Assembly (NCBI GenBank): GCA_045589955.1
Contig: JAZNQD010000004.1
Span: forward strand, 122 to 64,121
Length of the DNA: 64,000 nucleotides
Direction of reading: 5' to 3'
Source of the DNA: Bacilli bacterium
GTDB taxonomy: Bacteria; Bacillota_I; Bacilli_A; ML615J-28; CAG-313
The position numbers and the translations under genes were made by a program. Below are positions 41,626-48,934 of this stretch, piece after piece; the stretch's first letter is position 1; each line of letters begins with the position of its first letter. The notes under the pieces are model-generated. The model worked only from the letters and a program-made list of their open reading frames with translations, was not told the DNA's origin and did no database searches.

Positions 41626-43317
41626 ATGTATCGAAACGTAATCTTAGATTTCTTATCAACTTATCGACCACAATTGAATAAATATTCTTTTAAACAAGCA
41701 ACAATATCTTTAATGGGACGCTTAAATTTAAAAGAGATATCTAGTCTAATGTTACGTGCCGATGAGGTCATAACATATCATGTTAATGAACCGCGAATTT
41801 ATGAAAAAAATTATTCTTTTGAAGTATTTTCACATACAATATGTGATATGGCTGTTTTTACTAAAAAGGAAATTTACTTAAACAAAAATGATATTTCAGG
41901 TGTTATTGATCCTTTTTATTTAAAGGATATTCAAAATATTGATTTTGTTTCATTAAAAATGTATCCAATTATTGTAAAAGATGAAGTAGTCGGAACTATT
42001 ATCTTCTACTTTGATGATTTGGCCAAAGAATTTAATTGTAAAAATAATGATTTAGTAAAACTTTTTGATAAACTTCAAAATGCGTTTAATGAACCTTACG
42101 AACATTTTGTTAATAATCAAATTATCGATGCAGAAGAATATATCAAAATGGTCTACTTCAGTAAAAAGAATTTGTGTTACATTGATAATTTTTTAAAGAA
42201 CAAATTTCATTTAAAAACCAATTTAATTGATCTATCAAATGAAGAACTAAAAAAGAAACTTGAAAAAGAAACTAAAAATAAAAAATATCGTTTTACAAAA
42301 AGCGATAACTTTGAGATCTATTATATAAGTAAATTTGATTATAGAATAAATGACAATAGTTTTGATTTACTTGCTTTAACTTCTTTAAATGATCATTCAT
42401 TTGATGAGTTTAGTTTAATTTATGTTGATAATTTTAATATCGATGAATTATTATTAAATATGTTTAGTAATAATATTATTAAAAAATATCATGTTTCAAA
42501 TAATTTAAATGTATATTTACTTGATTTAGAAATTTCAAATGCTCTAATGAAGGAAATTTATGAAAAAATTAAGGAAAATTATGCTTTAATTATTACATCA
42601 AAGACAATTACTTCAAAAATGAAATTAGAAAACTTATCTAATTTTGTTGCTGAGACGCGACCTGAAAAGTTTGCTTTTTCTTGTTATGTTGATTATTTAA
42701 ATAATATTAATCAAACACAACTTTATGCAGATGTTGAAATGTCTAAATCAATTGATAAAACATTTGTTAATTCAATAACAAAAGAAAAATATGGTATATT
42801 ACCATCATTAATGAATTTTAGTGTATACACTAAAACACAAAGAGATAGCTTAATTAAAGCGATTTATAACTTTATAAATAGTTTAGTTAAGAATGCCATA
42901 GAGGGTTATATTATTCCTGTATTACCATCAATGTTGTCAACAAGTCGTTTATTTAGTGCAATTAAACGTCTTCAGACAATTGATCGTAATTTAAAAGTCA
43001 TTATTACTATTCCTAGTATTGAAAAGAATAATATAAGTGGATTAGAAAAAGGTATCTCCAAGTTAAGAAAAGAAGGAGTTTGTGTTGTTGTAGATAGTAC
43101 TATTTACTTTAACAATGAAACTTTATATCTACTTGACTTATGTAATAGCATTTATATCCATAAAGCAGAATATGAAATGCTAGTAAAATACCCATCAGGG
43201 ATTAATACTGCTATCTTTCAATATATGATTAAAAATTATAAAGAATTATTGATCGATTATCCACTATCAAAAGTTACTGATGCGTATTTTAATACTTTAT
43301 TATATTATCTGAAATAG
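41626..43317 (+). CDS. Hypothetical signalling-like protein: N-terminal GAF-like region and C-terminal degenerate (likely inactive) EAL-like domain
   Basis: N-terminal segment ending VVGTIIFYFDD is GAF-like. The C-terminal part follows the EAL scaffold with catalytic residues replaced: FSCYVDYLNN...LYADVEM versus FxLxYQPIVDL...GxEALxRW. LKVIITIPSIE versus LxLEITES. LRKEGVCVVVDSTIYFNNETLYLLDLCNSIYIHKAEY versus LRxLGVRIALDDFGTGYSSLSYLxxLPxDxLKIDRSF. Start at the ATG at 41626 after a GGAG RBS; the ORF-track start is 41608. Confidence 0.4.
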   Translation: MYRNVILDFLSTYRPQLNKYSFKQATISLMGRLNLKEISSLMLRADEVITYHVNEPRIYEKNYSFEVFSHTICDMAVFTKKEIYLNKNDISGVIDPFYLKDIQNIDFVSLKMYPIIVKDEVVGTIIFYFDDLAKEFNCKNNDLVKLFDKLQNAFNEPYEHFVNNQIIDAEEYIKMVYFSKKNLCYIDNFLKNKFHLKTNLIDLSNEELKKKLEKETKNKKYRFTKSDNFEIYYISKFDYRINDNSFDLLALTSLNDHSFDEFSLIYVDNFNIDELLLNMFSNNIIKKYHVSNNLNVYLLDLEISNALMKEIYEKIKENYALIITSKTITSKMKLENLSNFVAETRPEKFAFSCYVDYLNNINQTQLYADVEMSKSIDKTFVNSITKEKYGILPSLMNFSVYTKTQRDSLIKAIYNFINSLVKNAIEGYIIPVLPSMLSTSRLFSAIKRLQTIDRNLKVIITIPSIEKNNISGLEKGISKLRKEGVCVVVDSTIYFNNETLYLLDLCNSIYIHKAEYEMLVKYPSGINTAIFQYMIKNYKELLIDYPLSKVTDAYFNTLLYYLK

Positions 43318-43327
43318 GAAGGTTAAT

Positions 43328-44719
43328 ATGAAGAAAAAAATTAAAGACTTTATGCTATCTTTAGTTGTACCACATCGTATGGTAAAATTTAAAGATATGA
43401 GTATATTTATTTCCTTAATTCTTTTATTACTTGGATGTGTTATATCAGTATTTTCTAGTAATGCACGTATGACAAAATTCGTTGAAAAAAGAATTTATGG
43501 CGAATATAAAGAAATTAAAGAAGATAATAACGATGGAATTGGTGAAGTAAACTTTACTATTAATAATGATAATCTTGCAACATACGATAAGCAAATAATC
43601 GAAAAAGAATTGCCATCAGAAGATGGGAAAAAAACATATAAAGTTACTCTTGTTTTTGGTGAGATAATCAAAAAAGAAGAAAAAAAAGATGAATTAATAA
43701 TGGATATTCAACTTGAAAACTTCAATGTCGATGATTATGTTTTTTATAATCAAGCACATCGTGTTGAAAATACAATTTATTTACTTTATATTTTTACTGA
43801 TGGTTCAATTTATCACTTATATGATCTTGGTCAAGGTATCGATAATGGTAAATATGTAGATAATGTTAGTTCAATTTATTATTTTAAAGACGCTACAAAA
43901 GATGCAAATGCTGGTTTCTTTGATAATCTTTTTGGAACTAACGTTGTTACAAACAAGAAATATTATCTACCAAAAGATGAAACTGAATTATTAGGTAGTA
44001 GTTATGTTACTGATACGCAAACAAATGAATACTACAATTATTCTGTAAGTAAATGGAGTGTCGAAGCAAAAGAAGGAGAACAAAAAACAATTGCTGTAAA
44101 TGGTAACGATGTTGTTGTTAATGCCATGCCTAAATTAGGTCAGTCTATTGAAGATACAAATTATTATGGTATTGATTGCATTATTAAAAATGTAATTAAA
44201 TACTCAGATATGAAGAGCTATGCTAATTATGATGGTGAATTTAAACTTGATTGCTTTAAAACAAGTTTAAGTGCATTTATCACTGGTCATTTTGATAGTT
44301 ATGTATTCCGTCAAACTGATACTAATAAAGGGTTTTTATTACTAATTTCATTATGTATTTTCATTTTGATTCCAGTTGTATTCTCTTTATTTGTATGGCT
44401 ATTTACTCGTAAACGTGGTATGACTAGCTATAAAGGCTACTTAAATATTATGTCAATTATTCAATTTTATTTAGCAATCTTATTCTTTATAATTGGTTGG
44501 TTTGTTAATATTCTTAATAATTCAATCATTATTGTAATTGGCTTGTTAATTATGCTTTGGTATTATATCTTTGTTATTTACCAAATCACTAAGAGAATTG
44601 AAAAAGAAAATGATGAATTTAAAGATTCTGATGGAAGTTCCAACAATAAAGAAGAATCTAAAACCCCTACAAAACCTGAATTTAAGAAAATTGATAAAGA
44701 TGTTTCGGTAATTGGGTAA
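43328..44719 (+). CDS. Hypothetical membrane protein (N-terminal TM anchor, about 300-aa extracytoplasmic domain, 3 C-terminal TM helices, charged tail)
   Basis: Hydrophobicity pattern only; no family recognised. Confidence 0.4.
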   Translation: MKKKIKDFMLSLVVPHRMVKFKDMSIFISLILLLLGCVISVFSSNARMTKFVEKRIYGEYKEIKEDNNDGIGEVNFTINNDNLATYDKQIIEKELPSEDGKKTYKVTLVFGEIIKKEEKKDELIMDIQLENFNVDDYVFYNQAHRVENTIYLLYIFTDGSIYHLYDLGQGIDNGKYVDNVSSIYYFKDATKDANAGFFDNLFGTNVVTNKKYYLPKDETELLGSSYVTDTQTNEYYNYSVSKWSVEAKEGEQKTIAVNGNDVVVNAMPKLGQSIEDTNYYGIDCIIKNVIKYSDMKSYANYDGEFKLDCFKTSLSAFITGHFDSYVFRQTDTNKGFLLLISLCIFILIPVVFSLFVWLFTRKRGMTSYKGYLNIMSIIQFYLAILFFIIGWFVNILNNSIIIVIGLLIMLWYYIFVIYQITKRIEKENDEFKDSDGSSNNKEESKTPTKPEFKKIDKDVSVIG

Positions 44720-44728
44720 TATAATAAT

Positions 44729-44766
44729 AATCCTCCTCATATATTTAATTGATATATAGGAGGATT
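44729..44766 (+). promoter_or_regulatory. Stem-loop sequestering the RBS of the downstream gene (possible translational control element or intergenic terminator)
   Basis: Inverted repeat AATCCTCCT...AGGAGGATT with an extended ATATAT stem. The AGGAGG RBS at 44758-44763 forms the 3' arm. ATG at 44772. Confidence 0.45.
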
Positions 44767-44771
44767 AATTT

Positions 44772-45257
44772 ATGAAATTTAAATTTTTACAAAAGAAACA
44801 AATAGGATTAATTGCATTAACTTTTGTTGTTATGTTAGCTGTTTGGTTTGTTAAATCACCTTTAACACAAAAAGATAAAGAAGGACCTACTAATGAAGTG
44901 AATTTAGAAATAAGCATTTTTGAAAATCTTCGAGAAGCTGTTTTGGAACAAAGAGCAGATGAAGTTGCAACATGGGATCAAATTTTATCTGATGAAAATG
45001 CCACACTTGCAAGTAAACAAATGGCACTTGCTCAAAAAAATGCTATATCTGACTTAACTGAAAAAGAAGTACTATTAGAAGTAGAAGTTATCAATATGGG
45101 ATATGAAGATGCATTCGTTCATTGCACTGAAAATGGAGTAGAAGTTTATATTAAAGCTGATGAAGAAAGTGCAACAGCGGCAGTTGAGATTATTCAACTT
45201 GTTTACTCGCATTTTGAAGATGCATCGAATGTTATTGTAAATTTCAAAAATGACTAA
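44772..45257 (+). CDS. Hypothetical membrane-anchored protein, possibly SpoIIIAH-like
   Basis: N-terminal TM helix. The C-terminal pattern of alternating hydrophobic residues ending VIVNFKND resembles the SpoIIIAH/YscJ-like ring-forming domain. Weak call. Confidence 0.3.
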   Translation: MKFKFLQKKQIGLIALTFVVMLAVWFVKSPLTQKDKEGPTNEVNLEISIFENLREAVLEQRADEVATWDQILSDENATLASKQMALAQKNAISDLTEKEVLLEVEVINMGYEDAFVHCTENGVEVYIKADEESATAAVEIIQLVYSHFEDASNVIVNFKND

Positions 45258-45282
45258 TAATTTCTAGAAATAAGGAGTAAAT

Positions 45283-46134
45283 ATGTTTAAAATTGTTATT
45301 GACAGAAAGAATGATAATAAAACATTAGCCCAATACATCGAATCACTTGCAATATCTATTCAAAGAAAAAAACAATTATTAAATACAAATACTTGTTACA
45401 TAAATAAAGTACTAGCTTCAAAAGAAGATATTTTAAAAGAAAATGACTTGTTAGAAATAGACTTGTCAATTTTTGATATTCAAAAGTATAAACCAATTGA
45501 AAGTAATTTAACTATTTTGTATGAAGATGATTACTTAATTGTAATTGATAAACCATCGGGATATATTGTGTATGATCCAGAAGATTTAAAAACATCAGTT
45601 TGTAATTTTCTTCGATATTATTTTAAAAAATATAAAAGAAAATGTGAGATTATTCCAATACATCGTCTAGATATCGATACAAGTGGTTGTTTAATCTTTG
45701 CTAAAGATATTATTAGTGCATCTAGCCTTTCACGTAGTTTTGAAAATAACGAAGTTGTTAAAAAATATGTAGCAAAGGTTAGTGGTGTGATTAATAACGA
45801 AGGAATTATTAATAAAAATATTGGTAAAGATCGCCATACTAATAACAAAATGGCTACTTGTGAACATGGTAAACATGCACTTACAAAATATCGATTAATT
45901 TGTACAAACAAACAAGTATCGCTTGTTGAGGCAATACCTGTTACCGGTAGAACCCATCAAATACGTGTTCATTTAGCTTCAATTGGTAACCCAATTATTG
46001 GTGATAAAACTTATGGTAGTAAAGTAAGTAATAATCGTATTTTACTTCATTGTCAATACATAACTTTTACTCATCCAATAAAAGAAAAGACATTGACGGT
46101 TTATGCGCCAATGCCAGAAGAATTTAAAATATAA
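45283..46134 (+). CDS. RluA-family 23S rRNA pseudouridine synthase (RluD/YlyB-like) with N-terminal S4-like domain
   Basis: Catalytic HRLDIDTSGCLIFAK and GRTHQIRVH motifs; 283 aa. Confidence 0.85.
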   Translation: MFKIVIDRKNDNKTLAQYIESLAISIQRKKQLLNTNTCYINKVLASKEDILKENDLLEIDLSIFDIQKYKPIESNLTILYEDDYLIVIDKPSGYIVYDPEDLKTSVCNFLRYYFKKYKRKCEIIPIHRLDIDTSGCLIFAKDIISASSLSRSFENNEVVKKYVAKVSGVINNEGIINKNIGKDRHTNNKMATCEHGKHALTKYRLICTNKQVSLVEAIPVTGRTHQIRVHLASIGNPIIGDKTYGSKVSNNRILLHCQYITFTHPIKEKTLTVYAPMPEEFKI

Positions 46135-46135
46135 G

Positions 46136-46168
46136 TAGCGCATTTGCGCTATTTTTTTATGTGAATTT
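46136..46168 (+). terminator. Rho-independent terminator after the rluA-like gene
   Basis: Hairpin TAGCGCATTTGCGCTA followed by TTTTTTT. A second hairpin, AAGCCTTCTTTAAAAGAAGGC plus T-run, lies at 46276-46310. Confidence 0.7.
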
Positions 46169-46584
46169 TAGTTTTCAAATTTTTTTATCCCATTATTTTC
46201 TTCATATAGATAAATATTTCAATTAACTTATAGTTATGAAAAGTAAATTATGTAAGTAATAACTTTAAAAAAATAAAAAAGCCTTCTTTAAAAGAAGGCA
46301 ATGTTTTTTAATGCCTAAGAGTTACCAAAAGGTGCATAAAGTGAGGTAAGAACGACTAAAAGTACACCATTTGATTACGATATTCGTTTACATAAAAATT
46401 CAAATAAATTTATTTCGCCATCTTGACATATGATATAAAAAATTGTAACAGTTCTGCTGTCCACTGCAGAAAAGATACACGCTGATGCGTGATGAGATAC
46501 AGCCACACAGGGGCTGATGATATTCTCGTCACGGAAGATGATGCTGAATTGTGTACTGAATTTCAGTAGCCCGCCCTTTTTAGA

Positions 46585-47448
46585 TTAACGGTTTTTATAT
46601 TCGTTGATAATTTCTAATAAGATTCTCTTGTATTTTTCGCGCAAACCATAATCATCACAGCACTCTTCAAAATCATCAGCGCTAGAGATATTATCAAAGA
46701 TATTACAAAAAGTGACCGGAGAAAATCCATCCGTTGCAGTTCCGGTTACCGAATCATATACACCCTCAAGCCGCTTTAGGGGAACAAAATCAAAACGCGT
46801 GTGATCTAATACAAACTTCGCTAAATCATATCTGTTTTTTTCTTTGTTTAACCAACTTTCGAGTTCTTCGATGGTCATAGAAGGATCGCCATTTTTAATT
46901 CGTTCTTTACATTTGTTTATCCGGCTTTCTATTTCGCCTAAGTACATTTCTTCAAAAACTTCTTTATCTACTTCAATATTTACTATTTCATCAAATAGAG
47001 AAGTGTCATTAATGTCGAAAATGGGTTTATTACCCACCCATGCCGGATTTAAAGTTCTTATTATGATAAGTTGAACGTCCTTGTTAGGATATTTACCTTC
47101 TTTATTCTTCAGGTTCAAAAACGCATCAACATATTCGTTTTTATAGGTATCGTCTTTGCCATAACCACTCTCGATATTGTCGAAAACTATATTCGACTGA
47201 TCGAAATAGCCATAGTAGTTTGTTTTTCTCAAAAAGCCTTGAGGATCTTCGTCATTAAAATAAGCAGGTGAACGCAGACTATATGTAAATCCTATTTCTT
47301 TTTGTTCCTCCAACCACTCTTCAATCACGCTTTTAACATAATCGTCTAATTCGCTTACAAATAAAACAGAATACACTTTGCCATTTGATAAACAGCTGCT
47401 GTATTCATCCAAAACGGATTTAATTTGGTTAACTTTAATGGTTCTCAT
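46585..47448 (-). CDS. Hypothetical protein of unknown function on a GC-atypical (about 45% GC), apparently horizontally acquired segment
   Basis: 287-aa ORF with no recognisable domain. It has its own consensus promoter, AAGGAG RBS and a GC-rich 3' region. GC content is clearly higher than the about 28-30% of the surroundings. Confidence 0.6.
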   Translation of the reverse strand: MRTIKVNQIKSVLDEYSSCLSNGKVYSVLFVSELDDYVKSVIEEWLEEQKEIGFTYSLRSPAYFNDEDPQGFLRKTNYYGYFDQSNIVFDNIESGYGKDDTYKNEYVDAFLNLKNKEGKYPNKDVQLIIIRTLNPAWVGNKPIFDINDTSLFDEIVNIEVDKEVFEEMYLGEIESRINKCKERIKNGDPSMTIEELESWLNKEKNRYDLAKFVLDHTRFDFVPLKRLEGVYDSVTGTATDGFSPVTFCNIFDNISSADDFEECCDDYGLREKYKRILLEIINEYKNR

Positions 47449-47532
47449 TATGTTATCTCCTTCTAAATTAAATTCTTAATAGCTGTATCTTAATTTTCCG
47501 AAATTCGGGACAAAGAAAACACCTATTAATGC

Positions 47533-47561
47533 ATTATACCACGCCCACGCGTGATTGTCAA
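47533..47561 (-). promoter_or_regulatory. Consensus sigma-70 promoter (TTGACA, 17 nt spacer, TATAAT) driving the GC-atypical 287-aa gene
   Basis: Minus strand reads TTGACAATCACGCGTGGGCGTGGTATAAT. An 11-nt perfect palindrome CCGAAATTCGG at 47498-47508 lies between the promoter and the AAGGAG RBS (47457-47462). Confidence 0.6.
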
Positions 47562-47604
47562 TAAAAAACGAACCTCTGTCGGTAGACAAAAGTTCGTTTT
47601 TATT

Positions 47605-47657
47605 TGGAGGCTCCGGCCGGATTTGAACCGGCGATCAGGGTGTTGCAGACCACGCCT
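47605..47657 (-). repeat. Truncated copy of the 3' 53 nt of tRNA-Cys: direct repeat (attR-like) of 48701-48754
   Basis: TGGAGGCTCCGGCCGGATTTGAACCGGCGATCAGGGTGTTGCAGACCACGCCT matches the 3' part of the intact tRNA at 48701-48754 at 53/54 positions (one C deletion). Similarity ends exactly there. A terminator-like hairpin at 47566-47600 follows it. Confidence 0.8.
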
Positions 47658-47739
47658 AAAATTTGCCATCCATAAAAGTAAAAGTGCATACATTAGAGAT
47701 AGATTTGCATACCCCTATAACTACTCGATTAATTCTAAT

Positions 47740-48270
47740 TTAGCTTTCTAATTTAATCCAAAATCTTTGTTGAACTTCTCCATCTTCATCAAGGAATTCA
47801 TTTTCTAATATTCCACCATTTTTAATTATAGATTTAGCGGATGCTATATTAGACTTATCACACACCATTAATACTTTTGAAATTCCTAGTTTTCTACATT
47901 CAATTAATGATAAACGAATCATCTCGGTAGCATAGCCTTTTCTTCGTTCTGATGGTCTAATCCCATCCCCAATATGTCCAGCATATTGTAAAAGATAATC
48001 ATTTAGATAATGTCTAATGTTTACAGCACCAAGTAAAATATTTCTTTCTTCATCTAATAAGAAAAACACCGAATTTGGAACTTTGCCATCTTTGGGTTCG
48101 ATTAATTCTAGGTTTTCTAAATAATAATCAAAGTCATGATAATCATTTTTAAATATAGCCCAGGGTGAATGGTTTGTATGATTGACTTCTTGATCTATCT
48201 TCCATTCATCAATCATTTCCGCTAATTGATTATAATATTCTTTTGTCAGTTTAATTAATTTTACATTCAT
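47740..48270 (-). CDS. GNAT-family N-acetyltransferase
   Basis: Acetyl-CoA binding motif region (GIRPSERRKGYATEMIRLSLIECRKLGISKVL). 176 aa. Lies between the tRNA-Cys direct repeats. Confidence 0.7.
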   Translation of the reverse strand: MNVKLIKLTKEYYNQLAEMIDEWKIDQEVNHTNHSPWAIFKNDYHDFDYYLENLELIEPKDGKVPNSVFFLLDEERNILLGAVNIRHYLNDYLLQYAGHIGDGIRPSERRKGYATEMIRLSLIECRKLGISKVLMVCDKSNIASAKSIIKNGGILENEFLDEDGEVQQRFWIKLES

Positions 48271-48700
48271 TACACTCGCCTACAAATTCTAAATTATCAG
48301 TCAATTTTTACCATATAAATTATATCAAAAAATAATTAAAATGTCCATTAATGCGAGACAACAAAAAAGAATCCACTTTCGTTGGGTAGGATCCTCACCT
48401 GATTAACTGCCATAATCTGCGTACAGCTATCTATTACCGCCCATAGGTACTTAAATGCGGTGCAACACCATAACTTCGCGTAATCTAGGAGGCAATCTTA
48501 AAAAGATGGATAATCCTTAAATTGTTACCGAATAGTTATAAAGTTATAAAATCTCTGCAGTTCCTTAATTAAATCAGTCACTAAACTTCAGTTATAAAAA
48601 CAAAAAAATACCATCTTTTAACAAGACTGGTCAGACTTGAACCCTATAAAAAGCAAATAAAAAAGGCTTGATATATTGTATCAAACCTAATCTTCTTAAA

Positions 48701-48774
48701 TGGAGGCTCCGGCCGGATTTGAACCGGCGATCAGGGTGTTGCAGACCCACGCCTTACCGCTTGGCTACAGAGCC
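48701..48774 (-). tRNA. tRNA-Cys (anticodon GCA)
   Basis: Reverse complement GGCTCTGTAGCCAAGCGGTAAGGCGTGGGTCTGCAACACCCTGATCGCCGGTTCAAATCCGGCCGGAGCCTCCA folds as a cloverleaf with 7-bp acceptor, D-arm GCC/GGC, anticodon loop CTGCAAC, and T-arm GCCGG-TTCAAAT-CCGGC, with encoded CCA. Confidence 0.85.
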
Positions 48775-48934
48775 ATTTCGTAGCATTAATATTATATCAA
48801 AATTATTAAACATTTGCAAGTATTAAACTAATTAATTTAATTATTGGTAATTCTTATTAATAAAAATGATATTGATTAGACAAAAGATTGATTTTATGAT
48901 AGAATATTAAAAAATATAAAAATTGAGGAAAAAT

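Noticed and set aside
47551-47751. 66-aa plus-strand ORF
   Set aside because: It overlaps the truncated tRNA-Cys copy and the GNAT gene terminus, and has no RBS. It is a chance ORF across an att-like repeat.
48590-48640. GGTCAGACTTGAACCC, resembling a tRNA T-arm fragment upstream of tRNA-Cys
   Set aside because: The flanking sequence does not form a complementary T-stem or any acceptor stem. It is judged a chance similarity.
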